Below the pieces are notes generated by a model that was not told the DNA's origin, did no database searches, and was given only the letters and a program-made list of their open reading frames with translations. The translations under genes and the position numbers were made by a program. Shown one piece after another: positions 37,824 through 51,964 of a stretch of 64,000 nt of DNA. Origin of the DNA: Chrysemys picta bellii (taxonomy: Eukaryota); contig NC_088797.1 in NCBI RefSeq assembly GCF_011386835.1, positions 26,412,001 to 26,476,000 on the forward strand. The letters run 5' to 3'. Position 1 is the first letter of the stretch, and each line of letters begins with the position of its first letter.

Positions 37824-37860
37824 GGCATGGTAAAAAATCTGGTCTTAATCCAGCGCCTTC
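37687..37860. repeat. Inverted repeat enclosing a long (TA)n microsatellite
   Basis: ggattaagaccagattttttttaccatgccaactatatata (from 37697) is the reverse complement of tatatatagttggcatggtaaaaaatctggtcttaatcc (to 37851) apart from T-run length; (TA)n spans 37755-37820. Confidence 0.9.
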
Positions 37861-40800
37861 ATATATATATTACGTTCTTAATAAAGACCAGATAACTGGC
37901 AAACTCTTTTATGGTCAGGTACTGCAGAGAGAGCTAGACTGAATTATTTACCGTGTGTGCTAGTAATTAAGTGCATCAGACAGTTCAAATCAATGACCTC
38001 TGCCTGTCCTCATCTTTTATATGCAGAATATAATTCAGCAACAACAATAATAATGAATCCTCTCTTTCCTCTTTGTCTGACTACCATAGAATGCTTTCTC
38101 TCTCTGGGGAGAAAGACTAGGATACGTAGCCAAGGGTGTGTTTTACTTTTCTCAGTAGTTCTGTTTCTTTTTTTCTTTTTTTCCCCTTAAACCAACATGC
38201 TGTGTGCTCATATTTTTTATAACATACAAAAATACACATAAATACCACAGTGCAAAGTTAAGGTTTGCCTTGATGATTTTTTCCCTTTTCCCTTTTTTAA
38301 TTTTTGCTGGAAAGATGTTCCTTGTTTCATTCTTCTTTCAGCATTATGTATGAGTATTCCTGTTCAATTTTAAAACATATGAGTAAATTTTGTACTTATA
38401 TTAGAGATGGACTAACAGCACTGATTTTTTCACATAGCCCTGTCAATGTACCTCAACTTTGACTGGTAGTACCCCTTCAATTTCATTACTACACTTCCAC
38501 TGAGATGAGAGGCTGTCAGTTTTGCTAAAATGTACCAGGCTCTATGGTGGTTTTGTGATGTGTACAAATGTGGACCAGGATGAGACCACTAAACACACTT
38601 TCATTTGTGACCTAAGCCTATTTGAACATAGATCTATGGAATCAAGAGCTGTGGTGGGCAAAATTGGTATGGTTTTGGTTTTGTAAAAAACTACTTGATC
38701 ATAGTTTTGTTTTTCAAAACCAAAACCAGGAGTGGTTTGGATCTGGGTCCCATTTCATCTGAACTCCCACAGATCAGGGGTGGGGCAGGGAGAGGTTCTG
38801 TGAAACGGTTCTGTCTTTGGCCAATTTCTAGAGGAGAGGCAAGTGAACTATTGTACTGTATTGCCAAGACTTTAACATTGTTTTACTTTTTCTTTGTCAA
38901 CTAATGTATCTCTCCGTGCATCCCGTGTTCACTTCATCACACATCTCAACAATGGCAGTGCTAGAAATATCCCCAGGAGAGCAACAGCCTCTCCCCTGGT
39001 GAGATACGAGGATGAGAAAACAATTAAGCAAGCCCAAACCAGCTTGACCCTGGAATTTATACTTTAAAGCCTTAAAATGCATCATGCAACCAGCCCCAAT
39101 TCCTCTTTCTACGGGGAATAACTAAGCAGTACCCACAAGCAGGAAAAAAGTCATATAAAACTCTGTCAAGAGGCTAATGTGGTCTCTTTCTTTTATTGTT
39201 TGTTTATTTCACTTATAAAAACCGTTTTTTGGTTGTTGTTTTTTGCTGACAAATCCTTTAGCTATTCAAGATGGGCTGCACCAAGTCCTTCATGCTTCTT
39301 TTGGAAAAGTCCTGTAGTTTTTAATAAAGAACAATACATTTTGTTTATCCTTTTAAAAAAATCATTCTGCAGAATTTAATACAGAATTGTATCACTTGGA
39401 TAGAGTTTTATAGGGTGGTTCAAAAAGTAGAGGGTCCTATGGAAAGTAAAGAAGTAACTTTTAAATTATCTGAGTTTTTAGAATTTTTTTTTTTTTATGC
39501 CTCATCATTGGTTACCACCCCATTAAATTCTATAGGACTTTTCCGGAAAGGCTATGAGGTCAACTTTTAGGGTTTCTTGGGTTGTAGCTTTTGTGAGGTG
39601 TGTGTGCAGCTATATGCACAGAGGCACTTGTGTGCACCCAGATAGAGACAGTCTTGATGTAACTTTATTAACAAAAAGTCGGAGGAACAATGTATAACTA
39701 TTTGTGTACTGCTGTATCTATAGAAAACCATTAGGGGGAGCTCTATTACTTATTCCAATAAAATCTGTAAGATTTGTTACAATGCTTTAGGTTTTTTATT
39801 TTTTAAAATGAGGAATCCATATGGTGAGAAAATTCCAATTTAGGCTCCAGACACAGACAGCAGAAGAACATTTTCATTCTGAAAGTTGACCTCTTCCTTT
39901 TTAATTACACTAATATTGGTATGGCTGGATTCAGGGGGCATAAAACAGCTAATGCTGTTTTTTACGGTTAGATTGGATTAAACATTTTTCATATGCTGCT
40001 CATACAATATCAATATTACAGCTCTAAGAATTCCAAAACTGTGACTTTCCCCTGCCTCTTCCTCCTCCCCTCACCAAAAAACATCAAGAGATTGGCTTAA
40101 AAGTAATGAGAATTTAAAAAAAAACGTGTGTATGATCTTTCTTCTCATGCTCATTATAGGCACTGTGTGTGGGTAATTTTGCATGCAGGAACACATAAAG
40201 ACTGCATAGTTTTAAAAGGAAGTAGAAATAGAATTGAAGAATGGATATGCCTTTATCTTGTATTAATAACATGTTGAATTGAGAAACAGAGTAAACATAC
40301 CTATAATTACATTAGGTAATTCAGTATAAATCTGCTATAATTTTAAGGCTTTGGGTTTCTATTTTTTCTCTTGTTTGCCTGAATCCTACAAATGGTACAC
40401 TGAATACTAACCCTGGGACCTAGAAAACGTTTCATTTGTTTTCCACATACAGTAGAGTTGGATAGAGTTCCACTATTTTAGGACTGTCTTAAAGGTTCAT
40501 TTATTTCTTACAGAGCTTACCTATGAGGCTACCCTGACATAAGATTCAATATCAACATTTGAACTTTTTGGCTATAGATTTTGCAGGTCAAGAAATGTAA
40601 GCTGCTTCAAGTGATAAAATCCAATACAGCTGTAATAAATAAACACATGAACGGACAAATTGTACCCTCTGTCTCATACGCCCAGGTCCTGGGGCAAGGA
40701 TTATCTTTTTGTTTTGGGTTTGTACAGTACCTAGCACAACAGGCTCCTGGTCCATGACTACAACTCTTAGACATTGTCAGGATACTAATACTGACAACAA

Positions 40801-40919
40801 AGTATTTGAGTTTTGGCCTGATCCCGCAAGATGCTGAGTGCCTTTGGGAGGGTGCTGATTACCTTCTTCTCCCAGTGATTCTGCAGCTCAGAGGACAAGG
40901 TCCTGAGTGAGGATACTTA

Positions 40920-41189
40920 GGGTATATCTACACTGCATTAAAACACCTGCCGCTGGCCCATGTCAGCTGACTTGGGCATGTAGGGGCTTCAGCTGCAGGA
41001 CTGTAAAACTGCAATGTAGTCATCCGGGCTCAGGCTGGAGTGTAGGCTCTGGGACCGTTCCCCCTTGCAGGGTCCCAGAGCCAAGGCAGCCTGACCCCCA
41101 ATGTCTACGTTGCAGTTTTACAGCCCTTCAAGCCCAAGTCAGCTGACATGGGCTTGCTGAAGGTCTTTTACTGCAATGTAGACATACCT
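40920..41189. mobile_element. PIF/Harbinger-type MITE (GGGYATGTCTACACT TIR family)
   Basis: TIRs gggtatatctacact / aatgtagacatacct; preceded by TTA; internally palindromic. Confidence 0.7.
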
Positions 41190-42334
41190 GTAGTGGCTCT
41201 AACAATTTGAAATGAGTAAATTAATACATTTATAAAAGTGCGAGAGATGAGGGTGAAGGTGAATAACCCAAACTGGTTGTCTCATTTGTAATATTCCTTG
41301 CATTCTTAGGTAAATAAAGATTGACTGAGGAGATAAACAGGTTTAAACTGCACCAGAAACTATTATTTTAATAGTTAGCAGCAGTCTTCTAACAAACAGC
41401 CATTGGCACCGCTTTCCCTGTTTTCCTCTTGTGCAACCTAGCTGGTTACACTTCTGGTAGCTTGTCAGCACTTTCTTTAAAGGTAAAACAAACCCACCTA
41501 AATCTACTAACCTGTGAAAAATGAATTATATAATGTATAATAAAGAAGATTCTCCTTTTAATGACTGTGTACAAGAAGCCCCAGAAGCCTTTTTTCCCCC
41601 CATTTCCAGAGCTCATGTGCAATTTAGACCAAGGTCTTTCTAGGAGAAGTGGCTAGGAGGTTGGCAAGAGAGAACATGAATCAATGACTTTGTCTCAGAC
41701 ATATTAGACAACACTCTGGAAGAGACAATAATGACAAATAATGCAGTGTATGGTAAAATAATTATGCCAAATCATTTAGCGACAAATGCTGACCCCTTAC
41801 TCACATTGTACCTTACGCTGTGTGTAATCCTATTGATTGGAATGGACCTACTTTTGGAGTAAGATACTATGCAAGTGTAATTAAAGGTGTAATTAGAATG
41901 GTTTTTCTAAAACTTTTTAGACAGACACTGAAATCATTTTTTCTGGAATTAAAAAAAAGTACACTGGTATGTGGTCATTGGTAAAGGATGATGATGAAAA
42001 AAGGGTGAATGAGCATGACAAATTACCTAATAAGCTTATCGCATATTCTATCTACTGTCCCTCCTTCCCACAGAAGTGGTATAGAACCCCTTTTGCTAGA
42101 GCAGCCAACAGGGGAACTGGGTAATTTCAGACTTTTATCACTAGCAGGTAAGGCAGCAAAATGTTAATGGCAGAGCCAGTCTGTATTTTTAATAGAAGAG
42201 TTCTTAAAGTAGGATACTGTACTGATCGATTCCAAGGGGAAATCACTTAACCATTTGGGAAATGAACAACTCTGACAGGCTTTGGCAAGAATTAGTCGGG
42301 CTGTACCTTAGTGCTTAGTAAATTGTAATCTTAC

Positions 42335-42433
42335 CTTTAATGTTGTACGATAAATTGCGAAGTGACTGAAGACTCCTGTGGTGTGCAGGAAATGTCAAGC
42401 ACATCACTTTCCTCAGAAGTGTCATTAATAAGC
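42335..42433 (-). CDS. Candidate 99-nt internal coding exon ((G)LLMTLLRKVMCLTFPAHHRSLQSLRNLSYNIK)
   Basis: Acceptor aatcacttgtatcctcatcag| and donor AAAG|gtaaga; only one open frame (phase 1-1); retains CpGs; LRNLSY recalls an armadillo-repeat helix. Gene not recognised. Confidence 0.4.
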
Positions 42434-42481
42434 CTGATGAGGATACAAGTGATTTTTATGAGTAAAAATAAAATAACACGT

Positions 42482-42483
<2 letters not shown>

Positions 42484-42534
<51 letters not shown>
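42484..42534. repeat. (CA)n microsatellite
   Basis: Read directly. Confidence 0.95.
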
Positions 42535-42535
<1 letters not shown>

Positions 42536-43368
42536 CTCACAAACCTGAAATGGGGAAAGACTGAGTTGCATTGAAAAAGGTTGATGGACATCATTTACAC
42601 TTGAATTGGAGCAATATAAACTGCTTAAATATGATAAAAGGGATTCAAATACTGTTAATGGCCAGAACAGATTGCCTCAAAAAATATCTTTCAAAGTGAC
42701 TTCATTTTGATTAGCTTCAATGCTGCCATTTCTTAGTCCCTAGATGAATAGCTACTTAACATATTCTTTTTATGATGTGGACCAAGATTTTTGTGCAAAA
42801 GAAAGAAAATAAATTCCTAAATTTATATACAAGAAACTACATTGCTGGATGGCCGCCTTCCTTATCCCTATTGCGACACCATGGTGGAAGCTAAGCCGAA
42901 CAGCTGCTTTGAGCCCCAGCTAAAGAAATAACATGTTTTAATTTGCCAATTTTAGCAAATGGCACATTTTCAGCATTTTTCTGATGCACAGAGCCTTTTT
43001 TTTAGGACCCTCTAATTTAAAAAAAAAAAAAAGAACCCAGCAAAGGCAAGTAATAACACTGGCATAGAATGATTTTTTTTTATACTGATGTCGCATGGTA
43101 TTATAGGCAAAGCTATTGACATTCATTTTATGGGAAACTCAAAAAGGGAGTAATTGCTAGTTTGTTGGTGGTACAAATGCATCTACACTGGGGATTTTGT
43201 TGGTATAAAAAGATCACACTTCTAACCAGCATTACTATACTAGCAAGAGTTTTAAATGGAGACGTGGCCTCAGAAGGCATTGTGATGCTAGTGGGCAGCA
43301 GGTAGTGGGAAAGCAATAGTAGAAAGAGAGAGACTTCTAGATAGTCTCCTCTAAATGCATGCTACTGA

Positions 43369-43642
43369 GGGCTTGGCTACATATGGAACTGTACCAGAAC
43401 AATTATACTGGTATATTTATACTGCTATAGTTACATCGGTATAAAGCCCCATGTGAATACTCTTAATGTGGTAGCAGAGTACCTTTTGTTGTTGTTGTTG
43501 TTTAGCTTAATCTGTTTTCAAAGCAAAAAAAGGCACTCAGTCTGGAAGAGAGTAGCCACATGAGGAGTTATACTGGTGTAACTATAGCAGTAGAATTATA
43601 CCAGTATAGTTATGCTGGTAAATTTCCTTGTGTAGAACGGCC
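43369..43642. mobile_element. Old PIF/Harbinger-type MITE
   Basis: Degenerate TIRs gggcttggctaca / tgtagaacggcc with internally mirrored tatactggt/accagtata motifs. Confidence 0.5.
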
Positions 43643-44499
43643 ATGATGAGGATTTCCTTCCTGGAATGTCATAGTATTTGTGGGGGTCAGTGATTTCTGC
43701 CATTGTCCCCATTGCCCTTAAAAAAGCAAACAAAAACCCTTCTCCTCAGAGGATGAAAAGTTGTAAACACTTAACTGAGCCCCTCGGTCCCCCTTTTAAG
43801 GATCTTTGAAGCCAGGACTGAGCTAACCCTTGGTTAGGCAATGACAGCCAAACTGTGTTCACAGCAGGTGCATTTTTTTCCCATTGCATATGAGCACGTG
43901 TCCAAAAATCTGTTTGGTTATACATCTGAGTTTACCTGGAATCCTCAGGGATTTTTCTAGTTTGCCTTGGGGAAAAAAGTATGGCAATAACGTGTCCCAG
44001 TTCAGTGGTTGCCTCCTGCTTGCCTGCCCCTGTTCTTGCCATGTACTTTTAAAAGTACAATGTGAAATGGGTTAATAAAAACTTACCTAGTTTATAGGAG
44101 TTGTGTTAGACTAAATTCTTTTAGGTTTGGAAAGAGCTTTGACATCACCTGTTCAAAGGTGCTATAGAAATGCAAAGCATTTGCTGTTGTTTTAGTTGTT
44201 AATGATTACTCTGGCTTGAACAATGTTACAAGCTCGCCTTTCTCATTCAGCAGGTTTTCAGAGGCATTGTACTCAAACCAGAAACCCACCCAGGCAGGGC
44301 AAGTTTTCACTCTGGGTCTGAACTGTCATGGCTGACCATTTCCATAACGGGCCAAACCAAAATCCTGACTTCCTGACAGCACCAAACTTGGCATCAAAAC
44401 CTCCAGAATGAAACTTTGGAATGGGCCCATCTTTAGTTCCCAGAACTGTTGCCCTAGTTTCACTGTTGGTCAATTTCAGAGAGAAAAGATGAAGGATGT

Positions 44500-44690
44500 G
44501 CTTGTTATTAGAGTGTTAGACTGAGCATCAGGATAGCTGAGATCTCTTTCTGCCTTGGCGCCTGACTTCCTGTGTGACCTTAAGCAAGACATTTAACCTG
44601 TTTATGCCTTAGTGTCCTCATCTATCAGAAGGGGCCAATTACACTTTCCAGGGCTGTTCTGAGAATACATTTGTTAATGGTGGTAAGATG
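44500..44690 (+). mobile_element. MIR/CORE-type SINE relic
   Basis: ctgacttcctgtgtgaccttaagcaagacatttaacctgtttatgccttagtgtcctcatctatcag matches the CORE domain (tgtgtgaccttgggcaagtcacttaacctctctgtgcctcagtttcctcatctgt). Confidence 0.75.
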
Positions 44691-47600
44691 TACAGTGATG
44701 CACACCTCCACTGACCAAACAATAACACGGAAGTCACTCCAAGTTTGAGAATCCAGGAGGCACTTGAGGGCATTGCCTGTGCATGTTTTGCCTAAGGAAC
44801 TACTGATAGTTCTTTTGCCCCCACCTACCCATGTACTGGTATGGGCCTTGCAGTCCTACGTCTGGTCTTTTGGCAGCACAATGAATCCTTTCACATCAGA
44901 TTCCAGTCTCTCATGGTGCCATGACACAATACAGGTATTATGAGGGTGCGTTGGGCGTGCTTTCACAGTTAAGGAGAATTTGTAATTTGCAGAAACATTT
45001 GGAAAGTAAGCAGTCTAAGCAGGCCTCTCCCTAATAAAGAATTTTTGGCAAAGGTATAATTTTTAGTTTGTGAGTAATATATCATGAACATTTTGAGATA
45101 GTGGAGTGGAAGAAGATTTTTGCTTGGCATTTTTAAGCCAGAGCCTTAATTTGGCAATGATGTAGGCTGGCTAATGCATGAGGTTGGAATATAAAAGCAA
45201 CAGCAGAAATGTTTCATTTTAAAATTCATTATGTAGGCTATGGCCCAATCCTTCACCCTTTATTCATTCAAGGAAGTGTTGTATACTCATCAGTAAAATG
45301 TTCAAGAGCGGGGCATGTGAGCAATACATCTAAACTCATTTCTCCAGCCAGTGGTCAACATTTTGTAATAAGTGCCACCGAAATGTGGTCTGCTGCTTGA
45401 TTCCTTATTCAAAGCTGCCAAGTTACTTCCTATGTCACCTCATATCCACCCATTAGCTGGTGGCAATTTTTCCTTGAAAAACCGAGGGCAAGAAATCAGC
45501 ATTGCTTTGTGAAGCTATGAGAGGTTGGAGTAAGGAAGCTCTCCAGTCATATGCCTGGTCTCCGAGCACATGAAATCTGCCTGTCGCATCGCTAGGCCAG
45601 CTGTCACAAGTCTAGTTATTTGTCAGCTCTGCCCTCGAGTTTATACTGTTTCATTTGTATTGGTTTTATGTTGTGTGTGTTGGACTTGGGCCTGGATTGT
45701 GCAGACTGCACATTGCCCGTGGTAAGGAGTGGGGCAGTGCTATATCACTGGCGTGGGAGGAGAGGCAGAATAGCTCAGCAAGTTCCCTGGCACACAAGGG
45801 GAGGGTGGCATAGCATATATCTTCTGGGCCAGTCTCATTTTCTGGGGTAGCGCTGGGGGAGGTGGAGTGGGGGGAGCCATGGCCCTACCCTATCCAAGCC
45901 TGCTTTGGGGTGGATTGCAGCCGCACAGAGTCAGGGAGGGAACAGTCCATATGCATCACTGAATTCAGGGACTGCAATTTTGGCTGATTCTTATATGGAT
46001 TGTACAGGGCAAGTGGGAACACCTTCAAGTTTACCCACAAAATGGCCAGCCTCAGTGTGGCCTTTAGGTTGCAAATTCTTTGAGGCAGGGATCAGGACTA
46101 TTTGTGTAAACTTTGACAAATGCCGGTCAAAGCTAGGGCAATACATAAATGAATGCTCAAGAAACAAAAAAGAACAATAGGTTTAAAAATGTTTATCACC
46201 CTTACTGTGCTTTTCACCATTCTCAGCTAGGAAGAGGGAGAAGAATCTGCTGTCCAATACTTCTCAGTCAGTGAACTGGATTGGCCACTACAGGACAGCT
46301 GCAGCGGTGATGTGGAAGGATACAACCCTGTACAAACATAACTCATGGGTGGAGTGCTTGGTATTCTGAGTCTATTCAATTGGACTGTATATGGTAATAA
46401 ACCCTTTACCTGCTAGAGTTTGCAAGAAAGTGTCCAAAGGGCTGTCACATGTCAGGAAGTGGATTTAAGCTGATGTAATTGGCACAATGAGGAGGTCAAA
46501 CTGAGCAGTGTAGCAAAAGAAAATAACTAGTAAGAGGAGGATGTAAGAAGCTGTAGGTAAGAGTAGTCAGCGCCTCCCTTAAACTTTAATGCTTAGAAAC
46601 ATGCTACAACTTTGATAAGTTTGGAAGTTATAGTTTTATTTGCTACCTCTAAATTAGAATGTTATTTTCTGTCATTAATATGTAAATGAAATCTCATAAA
46701 AATAAAAGCACTGGTTTGCATGACACACAGTGAAGTTAAGCTATAAACAGGTTTCACACAAAAAAAAGTCCAGGGTACCCATCCTGCTGCTACAATATGT
46801 AGTATCAAATAAGAACTGAATAATGTTTCTAGATACAGGGAACAATAGTTAAATATTTAACTCCTAAGTAAACATGCTAGATTCCAGAATAAATGAAACT
46901 AGCTCATGAGAAAAAAAATTGTTTACAAGTTTTTCTTTAAAAAGGAGTGGCCATCCTTTGTATTACTTTAAAAAACCAAACTACTAAGAAAAAATGAAAG
47001 TAAAAAACATCATTACCACAGTTTGAATAATTTACTACATATGATTTTCCCACCAAAATGTTGATAGGCTAAATGCTTAATTTCTTTTTGCTGTGTATTC
47101 TTCTTCCCTTCAGTATCTCATGCCAAATTGCTGTCCTGTGGTAAAAGAAGTCAAGTAGAGTCAAAAAGTATATTTTAATTACAAATATCAGACAGAAATT
47201 TATTACTTTTCTTTTTTATTAGTAACAGATTGTTGGCAGAATTATTTATTCAGAAGACGTTATTTTGCTGGAATAATATAAAGAGCAGGACATTGCATGT
47301 GATAAGTGGTTGTGTTGGCAACCCTTTTTCCTTTGCTGCTGCTACTTGGTAGGAACCTGGGCCAGTTCTTGAGCTGGTGTAAATTGATGTAGCTGCATTG
47401 ACATCAATAGAGCTATGCCAGTTGAGAATCTGGTCCATGAAATCAAAGCTATTAATCAGACCTCATTTGGCAAGTGGATATAGAATTGAGCTTTGGGATG
47501 AGACCATTTGGGGTCATTACCTTTTAAACTGTCATTACAAAAATCTAAAAACACATTGCTTTTGCCAGTTTTTTTCCAGAGTTGGAATAAGAACTTAATA

Positions 47601-48530
47601 CTGTTAAAGTTAAGTTATTAAAAAGTAACTAAACCTGGCAAGAAAAGTAATGAGATTGGTATCATGGAGTATTATTATAAAAGTTGTGTTACTGATACAG
47701 CAGGCTATTTTTTATCATTTTCTTCCCTTATTTTTCATTGTTATCAGTGTGATTTACATAAACCTGACACATTTATATGTGTGAAACAGATGCAGAATGA
47801 AGCAGTAGAATCTGTTCTGACCATATTTTTTCAATCATAGACATGATTTATGGAAATGTTCTTTTATGTAAAAAATTTAAACAAAACAAAACCCCACATT
47901 AATTATAAACCTAACATTCAATTCCATTTGATACTTTAGGGAGCTTGGGGATGTAAAACTTTTAAGCAAATAAATAGTTTCTTTACCAAATCAGTCTTCA
48001 TTAAATGCTGCTTGGAAAACAGCATGTGACTTCAACTTAAAGTACTAGAGAACTAAATTAGATGTTAGAAATTTGGTCTTATTACAAAAATATTTAAGAT
48101 CTACGGTTTCCATCCAGCACAGTGAATCTGCAGTTTTCTGAGCCAAACAAGCTATGAAAGGTTCTGGTTCTGGCTCCCCAGTTGACCAGCCTATTCTGGC
48201 TTCTGGTCACATTACTATAGAGTAAGCTCTAAACAATCCTGGGTGCAAGAGAATTGTAGAGCAGCTCAGGATTAGTAAGTGCTCCTTTTTCTGCCCCATG
48301 CTCCTCTACTCCTTATACTGGGTTAATCCTTCTTCCCCTTTTGGGGATGTGCCATTCAGTCAAATTGTAATAACTCCCTGGCATCACTCCACGAGTAGGC
48401 AAGAGATAAGGACTTGTATGACCTAGGAGGGTCTGTGGAAGTACCGGACTTCATGGTTGTAAATGAGATAAACATCATCTCTGTTTGCTTCACCACTTGA
48501 GCTAATGAGGACACTCAGTTGACTAGGTAT

Positions 48531-48712
48531 GGGGAGAGGGATAGCTCAGTGGTTTGAGTATTGGCCTGCTAAATCTAGCCTTCTGAGCTCAATCCTTGAG
48601 CAGGCCCATTAGGGATTTGGGGTAAAAACAGTACTTGGTCCTGCTAGCGAAGACAGGGGGCTGGACTCAATGACATTTCAGGGTCCCTTCCAGTTCTATG
48701 AGATAGGTATAT
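48531..48712 (+). mobile_element. Tortoise-type tRNA-derived SINE with CR1-like 3' end
   Basis: A box tagctcagtgg, B box gagctcaatcc; tail ggactcaatgac...gggtcccttccagttctatgag resembles the CR1 3' end at 54760-54807. Confidence 0.85.
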
Positions 48713-49937
48713 GGCAGCTCACCCAGTAGAGGACCATGTTTCCTATTCAGGACAAGCCACTCTGTATATGAAACCATGTTGTCAGGGGTATCTCACCCAC
48801 CATCTCTGGAGTGAGGTGGGTATTTGTGGAGGGTTTTATCTTTTCCATACAAATTTTTGGTGGGAGTCCTTCACCTGATGGAATCTCTCTTACTTTGCTG
48901 ATGGGCCCCAACACCCTTAATCAGGGAGGCATCTTTGTCTGTGGGGGCCCTTTTAAAATTGTTCCCCAGCAAATATCAGATGGCATACCTCATTCACCTC
49001 ACCTCCTTGTCAGGGTGCTGATACAGTCTCCTGCACACTAGCCTGCATAGCCAGAGAGCCCACTGGCATTTGTGGTGTCAGCTGCTGTGGAAAATCCCTT
49101 TCTACTGGATGAGGTCCTAGCTGTTAGCAGCATTCCCCACTGTCACAATTTAATCTCACGTCTTGCAATATTTGGTGTTTTCTAAAAGCCTCAGTTCCAT
49201 AGGCATGTGATTACTGGAGATCTCCGCTTTTTTATTTTTATTTTTAAGTAAGTTTCTAGCCCTCATGGTTGCAGAGAAAAGCTTTAGAATGTGAACCCTA
49301 AAGGTTCATAACCGGCAGGCAACTGAAAAAAAAAAAGGATTACTTTTAAATCTCGTTATTTTTAAACCAATCATATGATTTTGGGAGTCTGACTCATGAT
49401 TTTTGAATGTGTGGAGCCAGGAGTATTGAACGCCGGGAACCTAATTCAACATTGTAGTACTAATCCCTCATGACAGCAGTTCTTGGACTGCGGTCTGTGG
49501 AACACTGGTGGTCTGTGGCGAGCGGCTAGCTCTCTTCTCCTTATTTCCACCTGCTACATCTCATTAAAAGACAGCTAAAAATGCATCACACACTTTCCCT
49601 TTTTAGTAATTGCTGTGCTAGGGATACTATGCAATAAGATATGAGGTGGTCCACACAGTCACTAATGGGAGGTGAGGTGTCTGTGACACAATATATTAAC
49701 ATGTTCCACACTATGAAATATTTTGAGGACCTTTACCTTATAATGATTTGCAGTGTCAATATGACGGCACTGTAGTTGTCTGTTACAATGAAAAAGAAAT
49801 GGCTTAAAATATATGCAATATATTTTTAATAAGTAAACACAGGCATAATTGATTAAAAATTGTTGAGTTACTTTCTGGTATGACATGAGAGAGGTTTGTA
49901 ATTATGATTTATTTAGGAAAATTGTTCACTGATTTAA

Positions 49938-50127
49938 GGGGTGGTTAGCTCAGTGATTTGAGCATTAGCCTGCTAAACCCAGGGTTGTGAGTTCAATCCT
50001 TGAGGGGGCCACTTAGGAGATCTGGGACAAAAAAATCTGGTCCTGCTAGTGAAGGCAGGCAGCTAGACTTCATGACCTGTTAGGGTCCCTTCCAGTTCTA
50101 TGAGATAGGTATATTTCCATATATTAT
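49938..50127 (+). mobile_element. Tortoise-type tRNA-derived SINE
   Basis: tagctcagtgatttgagcattagcctgctaaacccagggttgtgagttcaatcc head; CR1-like tail gggtcccttccagttctatgag. Confidence 0.85.
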
Positions 50128-51665
50128 CTTGGAGGTAGGTCTGTTCATATTATGAGCTCAGCAGGATTGAAAACTCTCTATGCCCTTGTGAATCAAAAGG
50201 AGACTGCCTCCCCAACTTGGCAGTATGTATGACCTAGAGAGGAAAGGGGAACACCAAGTGGTCTAGGCTGATACCCTAATAAATGCACTAAATTCCTTTT
50301 AAATGCCATACCACCCCTTCCCTTGCTGTCTTCCTGTAAAGAGGAGGGAGCCACGGGAACATACAGGAGTCTGGTTTGGGGAACATGAGAGAGGAAGGCT
50401 GATCTGTTTCTTGCATGTCATAGATTTTAAGCCAGAAACACATCTTTCTAATTAGATGATAATATCTAGTTACAAAGTGTACGTTCCCCAGCTCCAAACA
50501 GTGAAAAATGATCTTTTGCATCCTAAAGCTACAAATTGGGGAGGCTAAAACTGTCCATTGAAATTAATGACTGGTTGATTTTTGCCTCAGATTACAAGTT
50601 AGGCACATTGGGAATTGGAGGAATCTTGAATCTCTCAGGTAAACTGTGAGAGATGAGAAGTATGAAAACATGGTGCAATGCTGACAGGATGGTATGCAGG
50701 CATTCCTGTGCATCAGCAATGCCAAAGTGTGGAGTTTATGACTGCTGTTAGGTTTTTTCCTTCTCCATCAGTAAACACAATCTCTCCACTCCCTTAATCT
50801 AAATCAAACTGCTGAAAAACAAGTCATGAGTTACAAGAGTAAATTTCCACTGGATTAAACACATATCTAGTCCAAAACATTTCACATCTGAACAGAAAAG
50901 ACTAAATAAAACCAGTCAGCCATACAAACAAAGTGGCTGTTTTAGAGATATTTTGAAACAGATCCTCAAGTGGTGTAAATCAATATAGTTCCATTGATCA
51001 AGAAATTGAAGGGTATCTATACCAATTTACACCCCTAAAGATCTGTCCCTTTCCATGAGTGACTGGTTTAAACCCTGACTTTTTTAACACATGAAATATC
51101 TTAGTGAGAAATATTTATCCTTTAGAAAAGTGGTAAAATTAATCTATAAAATACTGATGAAAAAAGTTAATAGCAATTTGAATGAGAATAAAACTCGCAA
51201 CCTTTGAAACAAAAGGCAGTGCCTTTAACACCTCAGCCATTGTTTGGCTAGCTTTCCAATGCACCCGTGTTACATTAGCTGTAGGAAGGCGTGCATGTTG
51301 TTCCTTGAATAATTGGAAGCTTAGTAAAAATAATAAGGAAAAGTATTAACAAATAGTCATACCTAGACCTATGTGCTTGCAACGCTAATCAGACTTTTTA
51401 AAGAAGGAAAATGCACAGTAAGTTCAGAGAGGACAAGAATTCTACATTTAGTTATATAAGCTATATGAAGTGCTCAAGAAGATGAAAACATATGCAAGCG
51501 AGTTGACAATGAAATATGCCAAATCCATTTCTGGGATATAAACTCATTACATATAAATGAGATTCAACAAGCAAGTTTCCCTGAAGAAGCAGAAATTAAA
51601 TGTTTGCACAGGCAATAAGCTGCTGCAATAGACAGTGAACCCAGAGCAGAACATGTTGTACATAC

Positions 51666-51773
51666 AAGGAATTTCTTTGGTGCTTCTTGCTGTAGCATCT
51701 GAGTGCTACACAAACTACAATCTTCTAGATATGAGGAAGGAGCGGTCATGTGTGTTCGTACAACCTGGCGGTG
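51666..51773 (-). CDS. Candidate 108-nt exon (HRQVVRTHMTAPSSYLEDCSLCSTQMLQQEAPKKFL)
   Basis: Acceptor tgtatcttgtattgtatttag|, donor CTT|gtatgt, phase 0-0 and open in one frame only; several retained CpGs. Not recognised. Confidence 0.25.
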
Positions 51774-51964
51774 CTAAATACAATACAAGATACACAGGGT
51801 TGATCCTGAGAGGTGCTAAGAACCTGCAAGTCACAATGAAGTCAATACCAGTCACAAAAGATCTTCACACTCATGCTAATATTTTTGATGGGAAATGTTG
51901 ATAAAATTACCATAGTTAAGGCTACAGACTTTTTAACTACTATTTTGTCCATATAATTTTAAAG

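Noticed and set aside
48531-48610. tRNA gene (also 49938, 60670, and tRNA-like heads near 30370 and 51180)
   Set aside because: A/B boxes run directly into SINE bodies without an intact cloverleaf, so these are SINE heads.
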